From NCBI GenBank assembly GCA_965248925.1, contig CBDFLE010000006.1:3680001-3744000 (forward strand): a DNA stretch of 64,000 nucleotides, written 5' to 3'. Under the pieces are notes generated by a model, which did not search any database, was not told where the DNA came from, and saw only the letters and a program-made list of their open reading frames with translations. This stretch comes from Candidatus Multivoradales bacterium (GTDB lineage Bacteria; Acidobacteriota; Thermoanaerobaculia; Multivoradales; J023). The translations under genes were made by a program, and so were the position numbers. Position 1 is the stretch's first letter. Each line of letters starts with the position of its first letter. Of this stretch, positions 49,644 through 58,007 are shown one piece after another.

Positions 49644-50018
49644 ATGGAACAACGAATTGCGAGCTTTCGTCATCAGGTCGAGGTCTACTTTGGCTGCCGC
49701 CCAGGCCGCGGATGTCGGTATCCGGCTTCCCTTCGGGCAGAAGCCGTGGAAGTTGCTTTGGAAGCGCAGTCCAACGGCGATCGGTTGGGCCGGGTGGCCG
49801 CTGCTTTGGGAGTCGGCGTCGACACGCTCCGCCGCTGGATCGAGGCAGCGCCGCCGAGGCCGATTCAGCTGCGGGCGGTCGAAGTCGTAGAGGCCGACGA
49901 AGTAGCAATCATGAATCGAAGCCATCGAGAGGGCTTGGTCCTGGTGACTGTCGCTGGCCACCGCGTGGAGGGCCTGGCTCTGGCCGACGTGGCATTGCTG
50001 CTGGAAGCGCTCGGATGA
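49644..50018 (+). CDS. tnpA: IS66 accessory protein (HTH)
   Basis: RYP..LRAEAV, LGVGVDTLRRW; AAAGGAGG RBS. Confidence 0.85.
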   Translation: MEQRIASFRHQVEVYFGCRPGRGCRYPASLRAEAVEVALEAQSNGDRLGRVAAALGVGVDTLRRWIEAAPPRPIQLRAVEVVEADEVAIMNRSHREGLVLVTVAGHRVEGLALADVALLLEALG

Positions 50019-50389
50019 TCGGCTCGACCCGCCGGGTCAGCGTCTACGCCTTCGGTGCGCCTGCCGACCTCCGCAAGGGGTTCGACGGTCTCTCGGGTCT
50101 GGTGACCGGCGAGCTTGACCAAGACCCTCTCTCAGGCGATCTGTTCCTATTCGTCAATCGGGCGCAAACCCTCGCGAAGGTTCTGGTCTGGGACGGTACC
50201 GGGCTCTGTGTCTACAGCAAGCGGCTCGAGCAGGGGCGGTTTGCCTGTCTGTGGCGCGAACGGGAAGAGGACCGGCTGCGGCTGACTATGAGTGAGCTGG
50301 CCTTGTTCTTGGAGGGCAGCAAGCTGATCGGAAAGATGAGGCTCTCGCCGCCCCTATTTGTGAGGAAAAAGGTTGCTGACGCAGCCTGA
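50015..50389 (+). CDS. tnpB: IS66 accessory protein TnpB
   Basis: DLRKGFDGL, LFLFVNR, KVLVWDGTG, KRLEQGRF. Confidence 0.93.
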   Translation: MIGSTRRVSVYAFGAPADLRKGFDGLSGLVTGELDQDPLSGDLFLFVNRAQTLAKVLVWDGTGLCVYSKRLEQGRFACLWREREEDRLRLTMSELALFLEGSKLIGKMRLSPPLFVRKKVADAA

Positions 50390-50410
50390 TTTCTGATCTA
50401 TAATAGACGC

Positions 50411-51946
50411 ATGCTTCGGATCGAGAACGAACAGCGCCCCGACGTTCTGCGTCAAATTGCGCTGCTGCTCGATCGCGAGAATCGACACCTGCACGAGCGC
50501 ATCAAGAATCTGATAGTTAGCAACGCACATCTTGCAGGGGCCGGCGCTGCTACCCTGCAACTTGAGCTTGAGCAACTGCAGGAGATTCTCGCTCAACGCG
50601 AGCGAAAGATCTTCGGCCCGTCCTCGGAGAAACGCCCCAGGACGCGGACCCCAGCGTCGGAGCGTAAGCCGCAGACCGGCCACGGGCCGACTCCGCAGCC
50701 CTTGCTGCCAGTGGTCGAGAAACTCCTCGAGCTACCCATTGCAGAGCAGGTTTGCCCGACCTGCGACGGCTCCCTTCAGCCGATGGGTGATCAGACGGAA
50801 GATTCCGACGAGATCTCCGTAGTCCGGCGACACTTCATCATGGTCAAGCACCAGCGTCAGAAGTATCGCTGTCGCTGCAACGCGGCAGTGGTCACGGCGC
50901 CAGCGCTGCCAAAGCTGATCCCTGGAGGGCGCTATGCACCAGAGTTCGCGGTCGAGGTGGCAATCAGCAAATACCTTGACCATGCACCTCTTGAGCGCCA
51001 GAGCCGAAGCATGGCGCGGGAAGGGCTGAACGTCAGCTCGCAGACTCTGTGGGACCAGATCGAAGCTTTGGCCAGGGTGCTGACGCCGAGCTACCTGGCT
51101 CTGCATGACAAGGTGCTCATGGCTCCGGTGGTCCACGCCGACGAGACTCACTGGCGGCTGGTGACTCGTCAAGAAAATTCCAAGTGGTGGGTGTGGAGCG
51201 TGGCCAATCGGCAGGCGGTGTTCTATCGATTGTGCGGAACTCGCTCGGAAAAATCTGCCAGGTCGATCCTCTCTGGTTATCAGGGCATCGTGGTGTGCGA
51301 CGGATACTCGGCCTACAAGGCTCTGGCCAAGAGTGAGGCCAAGAGGGACGATCAGTCGGCATCCCGCGCCGGTCCTGGATTCACACTGGCCCACTGCTGG
51401 GCACACGCACGAAGAAAATTCGCCGACGCAGAGCACAACTACCCGAAACACTGTGGTCAAGCGCTGGACATGATCAGCGATCTTTTCAAAGTGGAGCGGA
51501 AGGTACCGGCTATCCAAGTTCCGGAGCCGCAAGAGCTTCTGGATCTGCGCCTGAAGCTGCGCGCCGAGCACTCCGGGCCCATTCTCAAAAAGCTGCAAGC
51601 TTGGGCTATGGAGACCAGACCCGTAGCCCTGCCGCGCAGCGGATTGGGCAAGGCAGTCAACTACCTGCTCGGCCATTGGAAAGGGCTAACGCGTTTTCTT
51701 GAAAACCCCCTAATTCCCCTCGACAACAACCTTGCAGAGCGGGAGCTGCGAGGCGTCGTCATCGGACGCAAGAACCACTACGGGTCGCGCTCCAAGCGGG
51801 GAACCGAGGTCGCGGCGATCCTCTACAGCCTCACCGAGAGCGCCAAGCTTGCCGGCGATGAGCCCTACGCGTACCTGCTCAAGGCGACTCGGGCCGCTCT
51901 CGAAAAACCCGGCACCGTCACCCTGCCGGCCATTCCCGGCGATTGA
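50411..51946 (+). CDS. tnpC: IS66 DDE transposase
   Basis: FGPSSEK, CPTC zinc finger, HADET, CDGYSAY, HCWAHARRKF, DNNLAERELR. Confidence 0.96.
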   Translation: MLRIENEQRPDVLRQIALLLDRENRHLHERIKNLIVSNAHLAGAGAATLQLELEQLQEILAQRERKIFGPSSEKRPRTRTPASERKPQTGHGPTPQPLLPVVEKLLELPIAEQVCPTCDGSLQPMGDQTEDSDEISVVRRHFIMVKHQRQKYRCRCNAAVVTAPALPKLIPGGRYAPEFAVEVAISKYLDHAPLERQSRSMAREGLNVSSQTLWDQIEALARVLTPSYLALHDKVLMAPVVHADETHWRLVTRQENSKWWVWSVANRQAVFYRLCGTRSEKSARSILSGYQGIVVCDGYSAYKALAKSEAKRDDQSASRAGPGFTLAHCWAHARRKFADAEHNYPKHCGQALDMISDLFKVERKVPAIQVPEPQELLDLRLKLRAEHSGPILKKLQAWAMETRPVALPRSGLGKAVNYLLGHWKGLTRFLENPLIPLDNNLAERELRGVVIGRKNHYGSRSKRGTEVAAILYSLTESAKLAGDEPYAYLLKATRAALEKPGTVTLPAIPGD

Positions 51947-52031
51947 CCGCCGAACGACGCAACTCGCTACCCGACTGAGGCCAATCTGTCCAGGTGGGGC
52001 GGGGCGAGGTCTTACGGAGTTCCAACCACCC

Positions 52032-52976
52032 ATGCAACTGCGACACGCGATTCCGAAGTTTCTGCACGGCTACTTCTCGACTTGCAATCTAAGCAGCAAG
52101 ACCCGCAAGGCCTACCAGGGCGACCTCAAGCAATTCGCTCAGGCGATGCCCGCCAGGGTCCGAATCAGCGCCATCCGGGCTGACGCCCTCGAGTCCTGGG
52201 CGGCGGAACTTCAAAAAAGGAGCTATGCGGCGGCCTCGATCCGCCGAAAATTCGCCACCTTACGGGTATTCTTCAACTACTGGGTGCGCAAAGAGCTGCT
52301 CGAACGCTCGCCGCTCTGGCTGCTACGGTTGGATCTGGCGCGTGAGCGAAAGCTGCCGCGGATTCTTTCCGCCGCAGAGGTCCGCAAGCTCCTCAAGCGG
52401 GCTCGACACGAGGTCGGAGACTCGACGGAGGGGCCGCCAGGCACAATTGACCCGAGCTTCCTCGCTCTGCGCAACTTGGCGATGCTAGAGGTCTTGTTCG
52501 CCACCGGAATCCGCGTCGGCGAGCTGGCGGCGATTCGTCTCCTCGACCTGAGTAACCGAGGTGCGACCCTACTGATCCGCGGCAAGGGCGCGCGCCAGCG
52601 CCTAGCCTTGCTTTCCGACCGCCGGTCCCGGCAGACCCTGGCCGAGTACACTCAGCGGCGGCAGCGCCTGGCGGTGGATACAGACGCGCTCTTCCTCAAC
52701 GTCTTCGAGGGGCCGCTATCGGCCCAGGGCATCGCCAACGTCGTCACCCAGCTCGCCGAGCGCGCCAACTTGCCCCAGCGGGTCACCCCCCACATGCTGC
52801 GCCACTCCATCGCCACCATGCTGCTGCAGAGCGGCGCCAACCTGAGAATCGTCCAGGAATTCCTCGGCCACGCCTCCATCACCACTACCCAACGCTACAC
52901 TCATGTGAGCAAAGACCTGCTCGGCAAGACGCTGCGCCGGCATCATCCGAATCATCGGGGGCTGGCAGAAATCTGA
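52032..52976 (+). CDS. XerC/D-like tyrosine recombinase
   Basis: SAM-like N-domain (KTRKAYQGDL, SIRRK); catalytic R (TGIRVGE), K (GKG), HxLR (PHMLRH), H (LGH), Y (TQRYT) all present. Confidence 0.94.
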   Translation: MQLRHAIPKFLHGYFSTCNLSSKTRKAYQGDLKQFAQAMPARVRISAIRADALESWAAELQKRSYAAASIRRKFATLRVFFNYWVRKELLERSPLWLLRLDLARERKLPRILSAAEVRKLLKRARHEVGDSTEGPPGTIDPSFLALRNLAMLEVLFATGIRVGELAAIRLLDLSNRGATLLIRGKGARQRLALLSDRRSRQTLAEYTQRRQRLAVDTDALFLNVFEGPLSAQGIANVVTQLAERANLPQRVTPHMLRHSIATMLLQSGANLRIVQEFLGHASITTTQRYTHVSKDLLGKTLRRHHPNHRGLAEI

Positions 52977-53040
52977 GCAGGAAGTGCAGAGTACTGGTCA
53001 AGTCGCGCACGGGGCGCTAGACTGACGAGGCCGCCCTGCA

Positions 53041-53058
53041 AGCGTAACCGAGGCGTAA
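53041..53058 (-). promoter_or_regulatory. direct-repeat motif matching the lexA promoter motif (putative SOS box)
   Basis: Reverse complement TTACGCC-TCGG-TTACGCT versus TTACGCC-CAAG-TTGCGCC at lexA. Confidence 0.5.
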
Positions 53059-53076
53059 AAAGTAATACTCTTTCAA

Positions 53077-53095
53077 TAACTAGGAATTATTCATG
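53077..53095 (+). repeat. left copy of perfect 19-bp inverted repeat (putative recombination site, includes RBS and ATG)
   Basis: TAACTAGGAATTATTCATG. Confidence 0.92.
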
Positions 53096-54199
53096 GTAGG
53101 CCCGAAACAGAGTGGCGATGCGTCGCGCACACACGCCAGGTTCTCTTACTTCTTCGACAGCGCAGACGCCAACGATAACTGTCCATTATCGCCACGGTCC
53201 TGCTCAGCCATAGCCTCCATTCTTGGGGCAACACTGGTACTTGTGGGCTCCGTGATTGACAACACTGTCTGGATGAGTGGAGGCGCCAAGGGGTTGGCTC
53301 AGCACTGGGGATTCTGGGTAATATTCACTACTACGCCGCTAATCATTATCCTGACAGGGCACATCCTCGACAATTTCAAGGAGATCGTGGGCGGTCCAGA
53401 AAACTATATCGACATGAAATCCGACCCAGCATCCGCAAGCAGAATCCGACAGTTGATACTTGCCGAGACAGAGTCAGTTCTTCTTCGCGGACGATCCAGA
53501 TTCTTGCTCTATTTCGGAATATTGGTCGGCTTGTTCTATGCGATCATCAACGACATCAAGACTTACAATCCTGGTTTGACGTATGGGCATGACGTGTTCG
53601 ACTCTGCGGCGCATTCCTGGGGTTACGCAACAACGAAGCTGTACTTGCTCCCGATCTTTATCGTCGTTTATCCATTTTCTATATTTATTGCGGCCCATGT
53701 CACATGGTCCGTTACGAGAGTACTGCGACTAGCCTGCGAGAACAAGGTGTTGAGAGTGCGTCTTTTCCACCATGACAACTGCGGAGGCACTTCCCGGTTT
53801 GGGTACTTGAATCTGCTGGTGATGACGTTGTGTATACTGTTCTTTGCGATACTCATCGGGATGATTATAACTCACAAGAGAACATACTTCGTAACAGAAA
53901 GCGCGCTGATCTTCTGTTCTTTGTTTCTCATTGCATTGAGTGTTATTGGCGTTTACTCTGTGCATCGTTTTGTGGTGGATAAAAAGCGAGATTGTTTGCG
54001 GTCCGTAGGCAAGAAGATTGACGATCAGTTGCGGGGCGCACTAGACGGAGACTTGGAATTCCACGGTGATTTTTTGATTCTGAGGGAACACCTGATCGGG
54101 CTCCGCACCTATCCCTACACTTCCAAGGCAATGTTGGCAGTGGTTGTATTGCGCTATACTCCTGCAATTGTTGCGCTAGTTAGCATGATAAAATCATGA
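53093..54199 (+). CDS. multi-pass membrane protein of unknown function
   Basis: About 7 hydrophobic segments; HHDNCGG loop motif; AT-rich codon usage. Confidence 0.85.
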   Translation: MVGPKQSGDASRTHARFSYFFDSADANDNCPLSPRSCSAIASILGATLVLVGSVIDNTVWMSGGAKGLAQHWGFWVIFTTTPLIIILTGHILDNFKEIVGGPENYIDMKSDPASASRIRQLILAETESVLLRGRSRFLLYFGILVGLFYAIINDIKTYNPGLTYGHDVFDSAAHSWGYATTKLYLLPIFIVVYPFSIFIAAHVTWSVTRVLRLACENKVLRVRLFHHDNCGGTSRFGYLNLLVMTLCILFFAILIGMIITHKRTYFVTESALIFCSLFLIALSVIGVYSVHRFVVDKKRDCLRSVGKKIDDQLRGALDGDLEFHGDFLILREHLIGLRTYPYTSKAMLAVVVLRYTPAIVALVSMIKS

Positions 54200-54784
54200 C
54201 ATCAGTGGTTTTGGATCAGGCTCAGTGTGCCAGATCCAGAGAAAGGCTTTCCCGAGACCCCAATAGGAGAGTAGGAGCGTAAAAATGAGTAAAATGTACT
54301 GTCCTGTCTGATATTGCCAGGAGTCGAAGGGGTTGCGATTCGCAAAAAGACGAAAGCCATCCTTCAGGAAATAGCTACAGAGCCATATTCTGAGATTCGT
54401 CGCATGAAACCGAGAAATCCATTGAATCTCGCGAGAGCGAGCGAGCCAGTCCGGAGTCAGAACTCGGACTGCATAGATTGCAATGTCACGAAAGATAAGC
54501 AGCCAGACAAAGATTGGACTGACGTCGTACCTTACTAGAACTACAAGTGTCAATGACAGATGAATGGCGCGGTCTCCCATTGCATCGAGCACATAGCCTG
54601 TGTCTGTGCATACGTCCCATCTACGTGCGAGCTTGCCGTCTGCAAAGTCTGTAATCATTGCTAAGATTACTAGATTGGCCAAGACTATGAACATCGTGCG
54701 ATTCAAATTGGCTGCGGCGAGCAGAATCAGAAGTGACATTGCTACACGCGATAGTGACAGAGCATTAGGGATATATTTACGCAT
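54194..54784 (-). CDS. CDP-alcohol phosphatidyltransferase family protein
   Basis: IPNALSLSR; signature DFADGKLARRWDVCTDTGYVLDAMGD. Confidence 0.92.
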   Translation of the reverse strand: MRKYIPNALSLSRVAMSLLILLAAANLNRTMFIVLANLVILAMITDFADGKLARRWDVCTDTGYVLDAMGDRAIHLSLTLVVLVRYDVSPIFVWLLIFRDIAIYAVRVLTPDWLARSREIQWISRFHATNLRIWLCSYFLKDGFRLFANRNPFDSWQYQTGQYILLIFTLLLSYWGLGKAFLWIWHTEPDPKPLMS

Positions 54785-54800
54785 GAATAATTCCTAGTTA
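54782..54800 (-). repeat. right copy of perfect 19-bp inverted repeat (includes RBS and ATG)
   Basis: CATGAATAATTCCTAGTTA is the exact reverse complement of 53077-53095. Confidence 0.92.
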
Positions 54801-54971
54801 CCCCTTGCTCAAGTTCTAGCGAGAGCCTTCCACTCGCGGAGCGAATCTGGCGAACAGGATCTCAATCCTAGCGACGGATTGTGGAGCGGGCAGCAGGGAT
54901 CTGGCAAGGGTTGGGCCAGGTTAGCCCGCGAGGGTCTGGACGGAAGAGACGGCTATACTCGACCGCTACTG

Positions 54972-55388
54972 CTAGCTCTTTGCCACGTCGCGCAGCAACC
55001 AAGCCAGCAACAGCCCAAAGGCGATCAGGGGCGGCCCCTCGAACACCGTCCAATGCCAGGGCAGGCCGGCGTGGAGGTCGATCAGCACCATTGCTGCGCC
55101 GAAGGCGATGTTCATCCAGATCACCAGCGCTAGCACTGGGCGGTGGCGGCGGATGTCGCCGGCCAGCACCAGGTAGAGCAGGCCGTGCATGGCGTAGAGG
55201 GCAGCGACCGAGCGAGCTAGATAATCGACCAGGGGGGACTCGGGGAATTCACCGAGGCCGAGCCAGGCATGGGCAGAAGCCATCCAGGCGGTGGGTAGGA
55301 AGGCTGCCGGGATGGCGAGGAGCAGCACCGGGCCGGCGAGGCGCAGGAGTAGGGCCAAGCGACGCTCGGCGCGGGTGGAGGATTCCAT
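54972..55388 (-). CDS. hypothetical membrane protein (about 4 TM)
   Basis: Hydrophobic ORF with host-like codon usage, co-oriented downstream of the SLC13 gene. Confidence 0.75.
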   Translation of the reverse strand: MESSTRAERRLALLLRLAGPVLLLAIPAAFLPTAWMASAHAWLGLGEFPESPLVDYLARSVAALYAMHGLLYLVLAGDIRRHRPVLALVIWMNIAFGAAMVLIDLHAGLPWHWTVFEGPPLIAFGLLLAWLLRDVAKS

Positions 55389-55413
55389 GCTTGGTGCTCG
55401 CTCGGCGGCCGGC

Positions 55414-57747
55414 TTAGAGGGGGAAGAAGACCGGCACCATCAGCACCAAGATGGCGAGCACGATGACGGTTAACGGCGTGCCGACTTTGACGTAGTCCAT
55501 CGCCTTGTAGCCACCGGCGCCCATCACCAATAGGTTGGCTTTATGGCTGAAGGGGGTCATGAAGGCGGCTGAGGCAGCCAGTCCAACCACCATCATCAGC
55601 GGATAGGGACTAATGTCGAGCTGCTCGGCGGCGCGGATCACTACTGGCGCCAGGATCACCACTGTTGGCGCGCCGTCGAGGCCCTGGCTGAGCAGACTGG
55701 CGAGGATGGCCAGGGCGGCCAAGAAAGCGTATTGACCGTAGCTGCCGGCGACTGCGACCACGCTGTCGGCGAGGAAGCCGGCGGCGCCGCTCGATTCCAT
55801 GGCGTTGCCCACTGGCAGGATGGCGGCGACCAGGAAGAGGGCGCGCCACTCGATCGCCCGGTAGGCTTCGTCCATGGTCAGGGAACCGAAGAGCACACAG
55901 AGCACAGCACCGGCGAAGGCGGCGATGTGGATCGGATAGAGGCCGCTCAGCACCAAGCCGATCATCAAGGCCAGGCCGGCGAGGGCGACGGGTGCTTTTT
56001 TCTTGTCGCGCAGCTCTCCCTGGGGCACTGAGAGGACGACGAAATCAGAGTCCTCGGCCAACTCGCGCATTTTGTCGCGGCGGCCATGCAGCAGCAGCGC
56101 GTCACCGAATTGCAGCGGGATCGAGGCCAGATCGCGGTAGATGGCGTTGCCGCCGCGCCACAGGGCCAGCACTTGCAGCCCGAACCGATCGCGAAAATGG
56201 AGCTCGCTCAAGGTCGCGCCGGCAGCCCGGGAGCGCGGCGCGACGACCGCCTCGCTGACTCCGATCTCGTCGGACTCCAGCGAAGTGCTATCTGCTTTCT
56301 CTTGCACTTTCAGATCACCGAGTTCCAGCAGGTTGAGGAATTGGGTCGGTTGGCCGGCAAGAATCAGCTCGTCGCCAACCAGGATCAGCTCGTCGCTCGA
56401 CACCGCCAAGCGGACTTCGCCGTCGCGCAGGATGCCCAACGCGGTGACCCCGACCAACTCGCCCAGCCGGCTGTCGCGGAAGGTGACGTTGGCTAGGGTA
56501 GATCCCTGTTGGATCTGGATGCTGAACAAACGCTCTTGCAGCAGTTCCTCGATATTCAGGCCGGAGTCGAGAACTTCGAAAGCCTTCTGCTCCTCGAGGG
56601 CCTGAATCTGGCCGTAGTGGCCGATCACCAGCACCTGATCCTCTGCGAGAAGAACCTCTTGCGCCAGGCGTTGGCGTACGACCTCTTCGCCGCGCCGCAC
56701 GCCGACCACCAGCACCCCGAAGCGAGCCCTGAAGCGCAGCTGACTGAGGGTGCGGCCGACCAGCCCCGAGCCGCGGCTCAAGCGCAAGACCGCTCCCTGG
56801 ACCGCCACAGAAGCGCCGTCGAGATGGCCGGCTGAAACCTCTGCAATCGCCACCCCCTGGACGCCGAGCATCTCTTGCAAGTCGTCGAAGGGGCCGTCGA
56901 CCAGGATGACGTCGTCACCGCGCAGGCGAAAATCTGGAGCTGGCGCCTGATGCTGCTCTGCACCACGCTCGACCGCCAGAACTTTGACGTCGAGGGCGTT
57001 GCCGAGGCGAGTTTGGCGCAGCTCAAGCCCATCGAGAGGCGAGCCGGCGGGGATCAAGATCGAGGTCAGGCGGTCTTCCAACCGATAGGCGCGAGTCAAG
57101 CGCTGTGAACTATCGCCGCTGCTCTTTTGCGCTACGTCTTTGGGCAACAGGCGCCTGCCGATAGTGGTCATGAAAAGGATGCCGACCCCCAGCAGCGCGA
57201 GTCCCATGGGGGTGAAGTCAAACAGCGTGAAGGGCTCCAGGCCGCGCTCTTCCAACATTTGCGAGGCCAGGATGTTGGGCGGCGTGCCAACCAAGGTGGT
57301 GGTGCCACCGAGGATCGCGCCGAAGGACAGGGGCATGAACAGCCGGCTGGGCGACAGGCCTGAGCGCCGCGCCAGGCTGGAGATAGCCGGCAGCAGCACC
57401 GCCGCCGCGGCGACGTTGTTCATGAACGCCGACAGCACGCCGGCGACCAACATGATGAGGATGATCAAAGGCACCTCACGGGCGCCAACCAGGGCATGTA
57501 TCTTGCCCCCGATCGAGTCGGCGACGCCGGTCTTGAGCAGGGCACCGGAGATGAAGAAGATCGAGAACATGGTCATCACCGCGGGTGAGGAGAAGCCGGC
57601 GAAAGCTTCGTCCGTCTCGACCATGCCGGTGAAGATGAGAATCAACAGACCGATGAAGGCGGTCAGCTCGACCGGCAGAACCTCTGTCATGAAGCAGTAG
57701 ACCATCGCGGCCAGGAGCGCGAGGAGGAAGGCGATCTCAAGCGTCAC
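55414..57747 (-). CDS. SLC13/CitMHS-type permease with tandem TrkA-C (RCK_C) domains
   Basis: LSAFMNNV, TLVGTPPN, FMTPFSHKANLLVMGAGGY; four TrkA-C-like repeats; GTG start at 57747. Confidence 0.92.
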   Translation of the reverse strand: MTLEIAFLLALLAAMVYCFMTEVLPVELTAFIGLLILIFTGMVETDEAFAGFSSPAVMTMFSIFFISGALLKTGVADSIGGKIHALVGAREVPLIILIMLVAGVLSAFMNNVAAAAVLLPAISSLARRSGLSPSRLFMPLSFGAILGGTTTLVGTPPNILASQMLEERGLEPFTLFDFTPMGLALLGVGILFMTTIGRRLLPKDVAQKSSGDSSQRLTRAYRLEDRLTSILIPAGSPLDGLELRQTRLGNALDVKVLAVERGAEQHQAPAPDFRLRGDDVILVDGPFDDLQEMLGVQGVAIAEVSAGHLDGASVAVQGAVLRLSRGSGLVGRTLSQLRFRARFGVLVVGVRRGEEVVRQRLAQEVLLAEDQVLVIGHYGQIQALEEQKAFEVLDSGLNIEELLQERLFSIQIQQGSTLANVTFRDSRLGELVGVTALGILRDGEVRLAVSSDELILVGDELILAGQPTQFLNLLELGDLKVQEKADSTSLESDEIGVSEAVVAPRSRAAGATLSELHFRDRFGLQVLALWRGGNAIYRDLASIPLQFGDALLLHGRRDKMRELAEDSDFVVLSVPQGELRDKKKAPVALAGLALMIGLVLSGLYPIHIAAFAGAVLCVLFGSLTMDEAYRAIEWRALFLVAAILPVGNAMESSGAAGFLADSVVAVAGSYGQYAFLAALAILASLLSQGLDGAPTVVILAPVVIRAAEQLDISPYPLMMVVGLAASAAFMTPFSHKANLLVMGAGGYKAMDYVKVGTPLTVIVLAILVLMVPVFFPL

Positions 57748-58007
57748 GTCACAGCTCCGTGGACTTCTCGCTCCGGGCAGGGTCGGCGCGGGGCTGAGTT
57801 TGCACCGCGGACCGCCAGGCAAGCGAAGACAACACGCCACCGGCGCTCGGTGGGGTGGAGTGGGTACGGCGATTCATCGGCTTGCTCAGAACCCGCGGAG
57901 TATACAGCCTGCGGTCTCCGGCGATCCCGGGTGCTGCCCAGTCGCTGCTCAGTCGTTGGCTGCCGCGCTCAGCGTAGAATAGAGCCGAGGACCGTGAACC
58001 GAGGACC

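Larger units (their letters stand above)
49568..52015 (+). mobile_element. complete IS66-family element with 8-bp target duplication
   Basis: IRs GTAAGACATCGCCGCGCCCC / GGGGCGGGGCGAGGTCTTAC; TSD GGAGTTCC at 49560-49567 and 52016-52023; tnpABC present. Confidence 0.96.

Noticed and set aside
50015-50389. TnpB as an RNA-guided nuclease
   Set aside because: This is the IS66 accessory TnpB, unrelated to IS200/IS605 RuvC TnpB
51732-52031. 100-aa N-terminal extension of the recombinase in the ORF track
   Set aside because: It lies within IS66 tnpC and its IR; the likely start is ATG 52032
52032-54800. Classical integron (intI, attI, attC cassettes)
   Set aside because: The recombinase lacks the IntI-specific insertion, no attC hairpins are visible, and the genes are convergent with sites at their 5' ends
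49520-54859. TCCTGTTCG / CGAACAGGA inverted match as island boundaries
   Set aside because: Only 9 bp and no flanking duplication; could be chance
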